From Myxococcota bacterium (GTDB lineage: Bacteria > Myxococcota > XYA12-FULL-58-9 > JALHOP01), in contig JBGGMJ010000081.1 in the NCBI GenBank assembly GCA_041288095.1, positions 1 to 36,358 of the forward strand: a stretch of DNA of 36,358 nt, written 5' to 3'. The notes below the pieces were generated by a model, which saw only the letters and a list, made by a program, of their open reading frames with translations, did no database searches and had not been told where the DNA came from. Positions within the stretch are counted from its first letter, which is position 1, and the number at the start of each line of letters is the position of its first letter. This document shows positions 7,940-17,461 of the stretch, piece by piece. A program made the translations under genes and the position numbers.

Positions 7940-9775
7940 CTACCGCACTTGCCGCCGGGCGCCATCCTCGAAATCGTCTTGTAGACGCACGCGGCCGGAG
8001 ACACCGTGGTTGCCGGCGCCGAACACGTTCGCGGGGTCGAGCGCCTTTTTCACTTCGCGACTGACCGCCATCGCGGCATCCGAATAGATGGCTGGGAGGA
8101 AGTCCTGACGGATCTTGCCGACGCCGTGGTGATGCGAGAGCGAGCCCCCCGACGCCAGGATCTCCTCGCGTGCCGCGTGCTCGATCTCGTTGTAGGCGCG
8201 CACGGGGTCGCCGACGCCCTTGGCGTAGAAGCCCATGTAGAAATACATGGCGACGCCCGTCGGATAGACCTGGGTGATACGCCCGGTGAAGAACGGCTTG
8301 CCCGGCAGCTTCCGGGCCGCGTGTTCCTTCTGTATGCGATCGCGGACGCGCTCATAGAGCTCCATGGCGCGGCTCCACGGCACGCTGGTCTCGAAGCTCT
8401 CGGCGATGGCCCAATGCTCGAAGGTGAGGTCGCGAATGTACGCGATGCCGAACGTTAGCTGGTAGCCGCGCTCGCCGTTGGTCGCGCCGGCTTTCATGCC
8501 GCCGTGTTTTTTCGCGATCGGGTAGAGCAGCTTCTCTTGGTGGTCGACCTCGGCGGCGGTTCCCTCGAAGACGATGGTCGCCACCGACAGCTTGTCGACG
8601 TCGTAGCCCTTGAGCTTCAGGACGATGAATTTTTCGAGCGCGCTCTTCGCCTTGGCGAAGGTGCCGTGGCTCGCGGGCTTCAAGGCTTGGCCGAACTGGA
8701 ACTGCACCGCGTCCATGACCCGCACGCTCGCCGGTACCACGCCCGCGGCTTGCACGTCGTAGAGGAAGGCGAGGCCGGCCTCGAGGCTGGGGAACAGGAC
8801 GCTGCCGTAACGTTGCACCTGTGGCTTCGCGAAGATCTTCACGACCGCCGTGGTGATGATGCCGAGGTTGCCCTCGCTGCCGAAGGCGAGGTTCTTGGGA
8901 GCGACGCCGATGCTCTCGCGCGGTCCGACCTGTGGGCGCTCGACGACGCCGTGGCTCGTGACCAGCTGCACGTCCAGGACCAGATCTTCGATGTTGCCGT
9001 AGCGGTTCTTCTTCATGCCGCTGGCGTTGGTGGCGATCCAACCACCCAGCGTCGAGAACTCGAGGCTGTCGGGCTCGTGGCCCATGGTGAAGCCGTGGCG
9101 GCCGAGCTCGTCGACGATGTGACGGCCGGTGGCGCCGGCCTCGATGCAGGCTGTGTGATTGACCGGGTCGATCCACAACAGGCGATGCATGCGGCGCATG
9201 TCGACGGCGATGACGAAGCGCTTCTCGTCTTCCGAGACCCGCAGCGCTTCGGTGACGTTGGTGCCGCCGCCGAACGGCATCAGCATCGCGCCGTGTTTCT
9301 TGGCCGTGCGCACGAGCTCCACGACTTGGTCGTGGCTCGTGGGGTAGACCACGAGATCGGGCACGCGCGTGAGTGTGCGATAGCGGATGGCCCAGATCTC
9401 GCCGCCGGTGTGGCCATGCCCGTGACGTAGACGCACCGCAGGCTCGTTCGACATCTGCTCGGGCGCCAAGGTCTGGCGTAGCTCGGTGAGCAGGGCAGGG
9501 GCATCCATCCCTTTCGGGATGGCCGGCGGGTACTGCGCGGGGTGCTTGTTCTCGTAGGAGAGCGGCGCCTCGAGCATCTTCGAGAACCACGGCATGAGCG
9601 TGGGCAACTCGTCTCCGCACAAGGCGTAGCGCTTGCCCGTCAGAACCACCGCCTGGTTGGGCTGGACGACGAAGCGCGTGTCGGCGAAGCCCCAGCCATC
9701 GTTGGCCTCGGCCTCACCGTCGACCGGACCTGGGCTGGGATAGATCCGCGTGTCGCCGCGCTGCACGTCCGCCAT
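7940..9775 (-). CDS. agpS: Alkyl-dihydroxyacetonephosphate synthase (AGPS-like FAD-linked oxidase family)
   Basis: Motifs conserved with eukaryotic AGPS: HGHT, PDLVVYP, PFGGGT, GHEPDSLEFSTLGGW, ASGMKKNRYGNIEDLV, QFGQALKP, IAYIRD, ESFETSVPW, TQVY..G...YFY, GGSLSHHHGVGK. Confidence 0.88.
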   Translation of the reverse strand: MADVQRGDTRIYPSPGPVDGEAEANDGWGFADTRFVVQPNQAVVLTGKRYALCGDELPTLMPWFSKMLEAPLSYENKHPAQYPPAIPKGMDAPALLTELRQTLAPEQMSNEPAVRLRHGHGHTGGEIWAIRYRTLTRVPDLVVYPTSHDQVVELVRTAKKHGAMLMPFGGGTNVTEALRVSEDEKRFVIAVDMRRMHRLLWIDPVNHTACIEAGATGRHIVDELGRHGFTMGHEPDSLEFSTLGGWIATNASGMKKNRYGNIEDLVLDVQLVTSHGVVERPQVGPRESIGVAPKNLAFGSEGNLGIITTAVVKIFAKPQVQRYGSVLFPSLEAGLAFLYDVQAAGVVPASVRVMDAVQFQFGQALKPASHGTFAKAKSALEKFIVLKLKGYDVDKLSVATIVFEGTAAEVDHQEKLLYPIAKKHGGMKAGATNGERGYQLTFGIAYIRDLTFEHWAIAESFETSVPWSRAMELYERVRDRIQKEHAARKLPGKPFFTGRITQVYPTGVAMYFYMGFYAKGVGDPVRAYNEIEHAAREEILASGGSLSHHHGVGKIRQDFLPAIYSDAAMAVSREVKKALDPANVFGAGNHGVSGRVRLQDDFEDGARRQVR

Positions 9776-9778
9776 GGC

Positions 9779-11263
9779 CTACGCCTCGGTTTTCGGCTCG
9801 GGGCTCGGAGCAGCGGTCTGAGCCGGCGCGGGCGCGTGACCCTCGCCGCCTTGTGCCTGCTGCGGCGGACGCTGGCCGTTTTCGCCTGGTGCGTGCGCGC
9901 CGGGCTGACCATTCTGCTGCGGACGCGGACCACGGCCACGGCCGCCACGGCGGCGGCGGCGGCGCGGCTTGCCGTCCGGCCCGAGCGCCGGGCCAGCTTG
10001 GCCGGGTGCACCACCTTCGGCGCCTGGCGCGGCCTGTCCGGCGCGGAGCGGATTCGGGACTGTTCCTGGCGCGGCCTGCGGGCGCGGACCACCTGGACCA
10101 CGCGGCCGACCACCACCACCACCTCCGCCACGGCGGCGGCGGCGTGGCTGACCATCCGGTCCGAGCGCAGGACCAGCTTGCCCGCTCTCGACCGGCCAAC
10201 CGTTTTCGGTGCGCAGCGGCTGGCCATCGGGACCGAGCGCGACTTGCTGCGGCGCTCCCGGGGGGCCTTGGTGCGGACGCGGACCACCCGGACGACCTCC
10301 GGGCCGGCCACCTGGACGTCCGCCTGGACGGCCACCACCGGGGCGACCACGGCCTCCGCCACCGCCCGGACCGCCTGGACCACCCGGACCACGGCGGCCG
10401 CGATTGCCGCGCCGCTCTTCCAGTGCCTCGCGACGGCGATCTTCCTTCACGGCCTCCATCGAGAACGGCCCGGAGAGATCGATGACACCGTCCTTGGTCT
10501 CGGCGGGCTTGCTGCCTCCCGGTCGGCCGGCTCCCGGACCGCGGCCACCACCGCCGCCGCCGAAGCCACGGCCAGCGCCACCTCCGCCATCGCGGCCACG
10601 GCCGCCGTCGCGCCCACCGGGCTTGCCGCCGCGTCCGCCACGGCGGTCACTGCGCGCGACCGGATCGATCTTGTAGTCGACGATGTACGCGAACTCGCCT
10701 TCCTTGACGGCGTTGGTGGGGGCGTCTTTCAGCTCGATGACGCGGACGGCGCGCACCCGATCGAGCAGGCGCCCCGAGATGCGCACGGCGTCGAGGAGGA
10801 TCTTCGCCTTCTTCTCGTCGTAGGAGAACTTCTCCATGAGCTTCGCGACGATCTCCGCATCGATCTTGGCCTTCTCGGCGGCGGGATCCTCGGGGGCGGC
10901 TTCGCCCGCCGGCCCCTCGGCGGCTGCCTCGGCTGCCGGCTGCTCGGCGCTCGAAGCGTCCTGCGGCGCGCTCGGCTCGGCGGCCACGGCTTCTTCGGCC
11001 ACGGCCTCCGCGCTCATCGGCTCCTCGGCGCTCGACGCCTCTTGCGCGACCGCTTGCTCGGCATTCGCCGCCTCGGCGCTCGGCTGCTCGGCATTCGCTG
11101 CCTCGGCGCCCGGCTGCTCGGGCCCTGGTTGCTCGGCCTGGGCGCCGTTCCTCGGGTGCCGGTCTTTCTTCGGCTTGCCCTTGCCTTTGCCCGGATTGGT
11201 GGGAGGGATCAGCTCGCGGGCAGTGATGAGTTGGGTAACGTTGAACTGGGTAACCGTGATCAT
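9779..11263 (-). CDS. Hypothetical, largely disordered protein: acidic Ala/Glu/Pro repeats, small folded core, Gly/Pro/Arg-rich tail
   Basis: Long ORF with G/C-rich third codon positions, filling the space between xth and agpS (3-nt gap). Repeats EQPSAEAANA, GGRP x5, and GQAGPALGPDG[QK]P followed by a poly-Arg run and GG, x2. Confidence 0.75.
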   Translation of the reverse strand: MITVTQFNVTQLITARELIPPTNPGKGKGKPKKDRHPRNGAQAEQPGPEQPGAEAANAEQPSAEAANAEQAVAQEASSAEEPMSAEAVAEEAVAAEPSAPQDASSAEQPAAEAAAEGPAGEAAPEDPAAEKAKIDAEIVAKLMEKFSYDEKKAKILLDAVRISGRLLDRVRAVRVIELKDAPTNAVKEGEFAYIVDYKIDPVARSDRRGGRGGKPGGRDGGRGRDGGGGAGRGFGGGGGGRGPGAGRPGGSKPAETKDGVIDLSGPFSMEAVKEDRRREALEERRGNRGRRGPGGPGGPGGGGGRGRPGGGRPGGRPGGRPGGRPGGPRPHQGPPGAPQQVALGPDGQPLRTENGWPVESGQAGPALGPDGQPRRRRRGGGGGGGRPRGPGGPRPQAAPGTVPNPLRAGQAAPGAEGGAPGQAGPALGPDGKPRRRRRRGGRGRGPRPQQNGQPGAHAPGENGQRPPQQAQGGEGHAPAPAQTAAPSPEPKTEA

Positions 11264-11295
11264 GCGCGCCCTCGTATCATAAGGCGCGGGGAGGT

Positions 11296-12078
11296 CTAGA
11301 CCCCCTGGACGTCGACCTCAATCCACGCTGGCGCATGGTCACTTGCATTCCGGGCGCCGCGCACCTCGCGGTCGACGCCGGCGGCCACGAGCTGGGGCAA
11401 AAGCGTAGGACAAACCAAGAGATGGTCGAGCCGCAAGCCCGCATCCCGCGGCCAGCGATTCCGCTGATAGTGCCAGAACGTATACATGCGCTGCCCCGGG
11501 TTGAGGTCGGCGACGGCGTCCGTCCAGCCCTGCCGGAGGAGCCGCGCGTAGGCTTCACGTGGCGCTGGCTGCACCAGCGCATTGTCGATGTACGCGTGCA
11601 TCGAGTAGATGTCGAAGTCGGTGGGCACGACGTTGTAGTCGCCCGCCAAGACAGCCGGTACGCCTTGGCGTACGAGCTCGGCGGCGTATGCGTTGAAGCG
11701 CTCGAACCAACGCAGCTTGTAGTCGAACTTTGGCCCGGGTCGCGGGTTACCGTTCGGCAAGTAGAGGCAACCGACCAGCACGCCGCTTACCGCGGCCTCG
11801 ATGTAGCGCGCTTCGTTGTCGTCTTCGTTTCCTGGCAGCCCCCGCCGGGTCTCGAGTGGCGTCGCCCCGCGCTCGAGCAACGCCACGCCGTGATACGGAC
11901 CCTGCGCCCGCCAGATGGCGCCATAGCCCGCGTCCGCCAACGCTGCTTTCGGGAAGGCGGCGTCGGAGCATTTGATCTCTTGGAGGCACACGACATCGGG
12001 CCGCGCGCTTTCGAGCCAGGCGAGCAGATTCGTCAGCCGCTTGTTGATGTCGTTGATGTTGAACGTCGCGATCTTCAA
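11296..12078 (-). CDS. xth: Exodeoxyribonuclease III / AP endonuclease
   Basis: KIATFNIN, DVVCLQE, YLPNGN, KFDYKL, GDYN, YTFW.Y, GLRLDH, SDHAP. Start set at TTG 12078 because the longer ORF runs into a plus-strand small gene. Confidence 0.95.
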   Translation of the reverse strand: MKIATFNINDINKRLTNLLAWLESARPDVVCLQEIKCSDAAFPKAALADAGYGAIWRAQGPYHGVALLERGATPLETRRGLPGNEDDNEARYIEAAVSGVLVGCLYLPNGNPRPGPKFDYKLRWFERFNAYAAELVRQGVPAVLAGDYNVVPTDFDIYSMHAYIDNALVQPAPREAYARLLRQGWTDAVADLNPGQRMYTFWHYQRNRWPRDAGLRLDHLLVCPTLLPQLVAAGVDREVRGARNASDHAPAWIEVDVQGV

Positions 12079-12127
12079 CGTCGTACGGTGTAGCGCGACC
12101 GCCCCGAGATGATCGAGTATGTCGCCC

Positions 12128-12307
12128 ATGATGCTCGTCAAGCGAATGCTGGTGGTGCTGCTCGCGACCGCGTCGATGTGCGCCGCGACGAACACCAACG
12201 TGAAGGAAGTAAACGCTCGTCATCAGCAGCGGCGCGACGGCTGCGACTGCAAGTGCAGCGAGCAGCCGAGCGTCCCGGCGGACACGCCGCCACCGCCGAC
12301 CCTCTGA
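12128..12307 (+). CDS. Small secreted protein with CxCxC motif
   Basis: MMLVKRMLVVLLATASMCAA signal-like N-terminus, DGCDCKCSE, Pro-rich tail. Third codon positions strongly G/C. Fits between the xth start and the panE stop (3-nt gap). Confidence 0.6.
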   Translation: MMLVKRMLVVLLATASMCAATNTNVKEVNARHQQRRDGCDCKCSEQPSVPADTPPPPTL

Positions 12308-12310
12308 CAG

Positions 12311-13234
12311 CTACGCGCGGCTCCGGTTGGCCTCATACGCTTGTAGGTGGGCGCTGACCACGCGCAGGATGGGAGTATCGAGCCGCAGCGCCTCCGCCCT
12401 CGTCAACATGTCGTCGATCACGTGGTCGTGTTCCGTGCGGGCGCCTCGGAGCACGTCGCGCAACATCGATGACGTCGCCGGCGAGCCTTTTTCGGTGATG
12501 GTGCGCACGGAACGCCGCACGAAGTCCTCGCGCGGCGTGTAGCCAGAAGCCTTCGCCACGGCCGCTGTCTCGTCCATGAGCCGCAGCGCCAGATGCTCGC
12601 CGTCGCGGGCTTCCATGATGGCCCCGATCGGCGCGCGCATCAGGCAAGTGAGCCCGGCATAGGCCGCGATGAAGTAAAACTTCTCCCACATCTCTTGCAG
12701 GATGACGTCGCTGTACAGCGGCTTGAATCCCCCGCGCGCCAAAAGGGCGTGCAGCGCTTTGGCGATCTCCAGCTGCTCCGGCAGCCGCGGCCCGACGGCG
12801 AAGAACGCTGGAGCGGACAGGTGGCGGATGCTCCCGTCGTCGGCCATGGTGACGCCGATGTGGCAGAGTCCACCGAGCACCCGGGCTTCGCCGAAGCGCT
12901 GGTCCAGCACCTCTAGGTGCCGCATGCCATTGAGGAGCGGCAGCACCACCGTCCGGGGACCGACCGCGGGCGCTATGGCGTCGACCGCGCCCGCGAGGTC
13001 ATAGGCCTTGCAGGTCAAAATGACGGCATCGTACCCACCGTCGGCGCTCGTGACCGCTTTGACGGACAGCTTGGTGTTGCCGACGGGGCTCTCGATGACG
13101 AGGCCGTGCCGCGTGAGCTGCTCGGCGCGGCGCTCGCGCACCAGGAAGGTGACATCGACACCGGCTTCGACGAGTCGCCCTCCGAAGTAGCCACCAATGG
13201 CGCCGGCGCCGAGAACGAGGATGCGCATGATCAA
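12311..13234 (-). CDS. panE: 2-dehydropantoate 2-reductase (ketopantoate reductase family)
   Basis: GAGAIGGYFG Rossmann motif, KAYD, LLNG, WEK, SSMLRD, TE.D; overlaps the CAP gene stop (ATGA-type coupling region). Confidence 0.92.
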   Translation of the reverse strand: MIMRILVLGAGAIGGYFGGRLVEAGVDVTFLVRERRAEQLTRHGLVIESPVGNTKLSVKAVTSADGGYDAVILTCKAYDLAGAVDAIAPAVGPRTVVLPLLNGMRHLEVLDQRFGEARVLGGLCHIGVTMADDGSIRHLSAPAFFAVGPRLPEQLEIAKALHALLARGGFKPLYSDVILQEMWEKFYFIAAYAGLTCLMRAPIGAIMEARDGEHLALRLMDETAAVAKASGYTPREDFVRRSVRTITEKGSPATSSMLRDVLRGARTEHDHVIDDMLTRAEALRLDTPILRVVSAHLQAYEANRSRA

Positions 13235-13773
13235 TAGGGCCGCCGGCCCACGAAGTTACCGGGAGGGTCGTAGTTGCAGACCCAGTTGTTCCAGGCCTCG
13301 CCGTTGTCGAAGGGTGAGTTGCTGGTGCAGCGCGCCCGCCCGCAGCCGACGCGGCGGGTGTCGTCCCAGACAATCTGCGTGTAGTGACCGCATTGCTCGC
13401 CCACGGCGCAGGAGTTGTTCGCGTAGTTGTAGAAGGCAAGCTCCGACGCCCAAGACGCGACCACCGCCGCCGCGGTCGACGTGATCCCGGACTCGGCGTA
13501 GAGATTCTCGCCGAGGTCGTTGCCCGAATGCTCGAAGCGGCAGCGCTCGGCGTAAGCCTGTGCCACCTCGGCGAGCGTGGACGACCATGCGAGCGGCTCC
13601 AACGCTGGCGATGGTGTCGGCTCGGCTTCGGCCCGCGTCTCGTTGTGCGCCGCGACCATGCCGCGCATGGCCTCGGGCTCGTCGCTGTCGCCGTAGTCGC
13701 CCTCGTTGAACGACGGCGCCGCGCATGCGGCGAGCAGCGTCAGGCACATCGTGAAGTATTTCTCGAGGCGCAT
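13231..13773 (-). CDS. CAP/SCP domain lipoprotein, PR-1-like
   Basis: Lipobox LAAC; AHN..R, L.WS..LA..AQ.YA..C...HS, GENL, CGHYTQIVW, VGCG, VCNYDPPGN. Confidence 0.92.
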   Translation of the reverse strand: MRLEKYFTMCLTLLAACAAPSFNEGDYGDSDEPEAMRGMVAAHNETRAEAEPTPSPALEPLAWSSTLAEVAQAYAERCRFEHSGNDLGENLYAESGITSTAAAVVASWASELAFYNYANNSCAVGEQCGHYTQIVWDDTRRVGCGRARCTSNSPFDNGEAWNNWVCNYDPPGNFVGRRPY

Positions 13774-13782
13774 GTCGGCAGC

Positions 13783-16700
13783 CTACTGCGACCGACTCAA
13801 ACGCACCAGCACGCCGGCGCAGGCATCCGCCGCGAGGATGGTGGCGCCGTCCTCGACGAGCGCCGAGATGCAGGAGGTGATGCTCTCGGGTGGGGCGCCG
13901 CGGTCGGCGCCATAGATGAGCGCCGGTAAACCGCCGGTCGGGGACTGGTCTCCGTCACCACCCAAGACGAGCACGTAGGCGCCCGCTGCAATCCAGAGGT
14001 TGTTGTGGCTGTCGACCATCAGGCCGCGGACGTCGGTGACGTCGAGGCGGGTATCGGCGTTGCCGAGAAGGGCGACCGGGTCGCTGTATTCGAAGACCGT
14101 GGTGATGACGTTGTCGTTTCTGACGCGACGAATACGGCGGTTGCCGGAGTCGGCGATGTAGAGCGAGCCGTCACCCGCGACGGCGATGCGACGCGGGCTC
14201 GATAGACGCGCTTGCGTGGCCGGGCCGCCGTCGCCGCTGTCGCCCTCGAAGGCTGGTGTACCGGCCACCGTGGTGACGGTGTGTGCAGGGTCGTCGACGG
14301 CAATGGCGCGGATCACCTGATTCGACGTGTCGGCGACGTACAAGCGGCGCGCCCCCGCATCGAAGGCGAGTCCCGCTGGATGGCTGAAGCGGGCGACGGC
14401 GCCCGGGCCCTCGACGAAGCCGTAGTCGCCTTGACCGGCATAGAGGACGTTCTGCCAATCGGCGGGGTTGGCGCTGGTTGCATCGACGGCCCGCACGACG
14501 TTGTTGGTCTCGTCGCTTACGAAGAAGTCGCGGCCGGCCGCATCGAAGGCGATGCCCGCGGCGTTGCCGAATAGCTCGCTATAGCGGGCGCTCGCGGGAG
14601 CGCTGCTCGAGGTCGTACCGCCTTGGTAGCCGACGACGACGGTCACGCGTTGATCCGAGAACCCGGCGCGGCGCACGCGGCCCATGCTGCCACCGGCGAC
14701 CAGCAGAGCGCCGTCGAGCATGGTGGCTTCGACCGCGTTCCCCAGCGTCGCGAATTCGAACGAGCCGGTGGTTCCCAGGTCGGCGCCGACGATCGTCGTG
14801 ATGATGCCGGTGCCCCCGTGAATGCGGCGAACCCGGCCGGTGCCCGCGCCGAAGGTCGAGACGTAGGTGTTGCCTTGCACGTCGTGTGAAACGTCCTGAA
14901 CCGAATTGAAGGTGGCGCTGGTGAACGGACCCTGATCACCGGCGTCGTGATCGAGGTTGTCACCATAGTAGGTCGGGTTGGGGAAGTAGTTGGTGAGCGT
15001 ACCGGCCGAGGTGCGCCGCAGCGTCGCGCCTCGCGAGTAGTCGCGGATATAGAGCGTGCCGTCACTGGCATAGCGGACGTTGAATGGAACCATGAACGGC
15101 AGCGCCGCGGGCGTCCCGAGACCCTGAACCCACTCACCACAGCCTCCCTGCGGTGTGCTGCCGTCGGGCTCGGTCGCCGGGTGGGTGCAGTCGGTGTTGT
15201 TGCCGGTTACCAGCGTCGTCATGGTGCCGGCGACGACGCGACGCACCTTGCAGTTGTCGAGGTCCGCTATGACGAAGTTGCTGTCGTTCGCCGGATCCGC
15301 GGCCACGTCACTGGGGCAGGCCAGGAGGCGCGTCGTCGCCGTCCCGTTTTCGGTGCCCAAGCCCCAGTTGCCCGAGCCGGCGACGGTAGTCACGGCGCTC
15401 GGCGTCGTGCAGGCGTTGGTGACCAAACCGATGGTGTTGCCGTTGGTGAGGTAGAGCTTACAGCCGGGGGAGACGTCGATGCCGGTGACGCCGACCCCGG
15501 TGGCGACGTTGCGGATGATGCCGTCGGTGTCGATGCGCCGCACCCGCGAGATGATGCCCTCGGCGATGAAGACCTGTCCGCTATCGAGGACGGACATGTC
15601 GCTGATCGAGCCGAGGAACGCTTGGACCGCGGGTCCGTCGGTGCCGCACGTCCCGGTGTCGCAAGGAAATCCATCCGAGCCGATGCCGATGCCGGCGATG
15701 TGATCGATGATGCCGGTCACCGCGTCGATGCGGAAGATGTAGCCGGACACCAACGCGTAGAGATTGCCGGCGCTGTCCGCCGCGGTCATGCTCACGGTGA
15801 GGTTGGCCCCGAGCGCTTCCCGGCCTTCGGGGTTGGTGAGCGGGGTACGATTGCCAATCTCGGTCGTGACCGTTTCCCCGTCGATGACCCGCAGGATGCG
15901 GTTGAGCTCGTCGACGACGTGCAAGCGCCCGGCCGGATCGAAGCTGATGCCACCGAGACGGAAGAACTGGGTCGCGAGCCTCGGGCCATCGGCGCTCAGG
16001 CAGTTACCGTTGACGAAGCAGCTCACGGTTTGCCCGGCGTAGGTCTCGACCGTTCCGTTGCGGATGACGCGCACGCGTCCACCGGACTCGGAGTCGGCGA
16101 CGTAGAGTGCGCCGTCGGCGCCGACTTCGAGGCCGGCGGGAGAGTTCAAGCGCGCGGCGATCGCTGGTCCGCTATCGCCACAAGCCTGGGGGAACGGCTC
16201 GGTGGCGCACAACGCGCCGGTCCCCAGGACCGTCTGCAGGTTGCCGGTGATCGGGTCGACCCGGCGCACGCGGTGCATCGGCACGTCGGAGTAATAGAGC
16301 GCGCCATCACCATCGACGGCGACGTGGGAGATGCCCATCACGGGAGCGTCGGTCGCTGGCCCACCGTCGCCACATGCGGCTGATACCTGGCCGATGCCGT
16401 CGCGCGGACAATCCAGACAGTTCCCGGGCGTCAGGCAATCGCGACCGTCACCGACCACGTGATAGATGTAGCCGCCGGCGATGACGCGCACGGTGCGGCC
16501 GTCGACGAAGAAGAGCCGCTGCGTCGCTTCGTCCCACGCCATGGCGCCGGGTCCGACCAGCGCGGCGAAGGTCGCGAGGCCGCCGTTGCCACAGCTCGGG
16601 TTGTTGGCGGTGTTGCAGCGCGGTCCGCTGCCCGCGTAGACCTCGAAGTCGCCGTTGGGGCGGATGCGATAGATGCGCGCCGTTGGCGACGAGCTCTCGG

Positions 16701-17448
16701 AGAAGAACAAGGTGCCGTCGGCCGTGGCCGCGACGCCCGAGGTGCTTGCCAGGGGGAGCTGGGTGGGCGCGATGCCGGGGTAGAACGCAGCGGTACGACT
16801 GTCGCCCGTGCCGGCGACCACGGTGATGAGAGAGGTCGCGGCATCGCGCTTGAAAACCACGCGCCGATTGGAGTCGGTGAAATAGAGGCTGCCGGCACCG
16901 TCATGTGCGAGGTACGCAGGGTGCCCGATACCGAGCGACAGCGGGCTACCCGGCAGCTCGCTGGCCTCGACGACGAGCGCCGCGTCCCAAGTCGCCAGAG
17001 CGCACTGATCGCAACCGTCGTTGGGATCGTCGTTTCCGTCGTCGCAATCCTCGACACCGGTATTCACGAAGCGGTCACCGCACGCGTTCAAGGCGCAGGT
17101 ATTGGTGCAAGCGTCGTCGTTGTTGCTGTTGCCGTCGTCGCAGGGCTCGACGCCGGCATCGAGAAAGCCATCGCCGCAGATGTTGAGGCACAGGCCGCCG
17201 CGGCACGTGCCTTGACCACCGTTACCGCGGTCGCAAACGTTGCCGTCGGCCGCGGGCACGAACTGGCCGCCGACGTCGGCGACGCAGGCGGTGCCTGGGG
17301 TGACGCAGCGGTTGAGTCCGCTCACGCAGACGAGGCCGTTGGGACACTCGGACGCCGCGCCGCAGGTGACGACGACGTTCGCCGGCAGGTCGAGGTTCGT
17401 CCCGCACGCCGCCGCGGCGAGGAAGCAGAGCAGGCCGAAACGGCGCAT
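13783..17448 (-). CDS. Large lipoprotein with Myxococcus Cys-rich repeats and teneurin-like NHL beta-propeller repeats
   Basis: Lipobox AAAC; CGDG....E.CDDGN....D.C repeats x2; many NHL repeats (P.G.A.D..G.LY.AD..N.RIR; GDGGPA..A.L..P). Confidence 0.85.
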   Translation of the reverse strand: MRRFGLLCFLAAAACGTNLDLPANVVVTCGAASECPNGLVCVSGLNRCVTPGTACVADVGGQFVPAADGNVCDRGNGGQGTCRGGLCLNICGDGFLDAGVEPCDDGNSNNDDACTNTCALNACGDRFVNTGVEDCDDGNDDPNDGCDQCALATWDAALVVEASELPGSPLSLGIGHPAYLAHDGAGSLYFTDSNRRVVFKRDAATSLITVVAGTGDSRTAAFYPGIAPTQLPLASTSGVAATADGTLFFSESSSPTARIYRIRPNGDFEVYAGSGPRCNTANNPSCGNGGLATFAALVGPGAMAWDEATQRLFFVDGRTVRVIAGGYIYHVVGDGRDCLTPGNCLDCPRDGIGQVSAACGDGGPATDAPVMGISHVAVDGDGALYYSDVPMHRVRRVDPITGNLQTVLGTGALCATEPFPQACGDSGPAIAARLNSPAGLEVGADGALYVADSESGGRVRVIRNGTVETYAGQTVSCFVNGNCLSADGPRLATQFFRLGGISFDPAGRLHVVDELNRILRVIDGETVTTEIGNRTPLTNPEGREALGANLTVSMTAADSAGNLYALVSGYIFRIDAVTGIIDHIAGIGIGSDGFPCDTGTCGTDGPAVQAFLGSISDMSVLDSGQVFIAEGIISRVRRIDTDGIIRNVATGVGVTGIDVSPGCKLYLTNGNTIGLVTNACTTPSAVTTVAGSGNWGLGTENGTATTRLLACPSDVAADPANDSNFVIADLDNCKVRRVVAGTMTTLVTGNNTDCTHPATEPDGSTPQGGCGEWVQGLGTPAALPFMVPFNVRYASDGTLYIRDYSRGATLRRTSAGTLTNYFPNPTYYGDNLDHDAGDQGPFTSATFNSVQDVSHDVQGNTYVSTFGAGTGRVRRIHGGTGIITTIVGADLGTTGSFEFATLGNAVEATMLDGALLVAGGSMGRVRRAGFSDQRVTVVVGYQGGTTSSSAPASARYSELFGNAAGIAFDAAGRDFFVSDETNNVVRAVDATSANPADWQNVLYAGQGDYGFVEGPGAVARFSHPAGLAFDAGARRLYVADTSNQVIRAIAVDDPAHTVTTVAGTPAFEGDSGDGGPATQARLSSPRRIAVAGDGSLYIADSGNRRIRRVRNDNVITTVFEYSDPVALLGNADTRLDVTDVRGLMVDSHNNLWIAAGAYVLVLGGDGDQSPTGGLPALIYGADRGAPPESITSCISALVEDGATILAADACAGVLVRLSRSQ

Positions 17449-17461
17449 GTGACCAACCTCG

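Noticed and set aside
12079-12198. N-terminal extension of xth
   Set aside because: Xth homology starts at (M)KIATFN; the extension is antisense to a better-supported small plus-strand gene.
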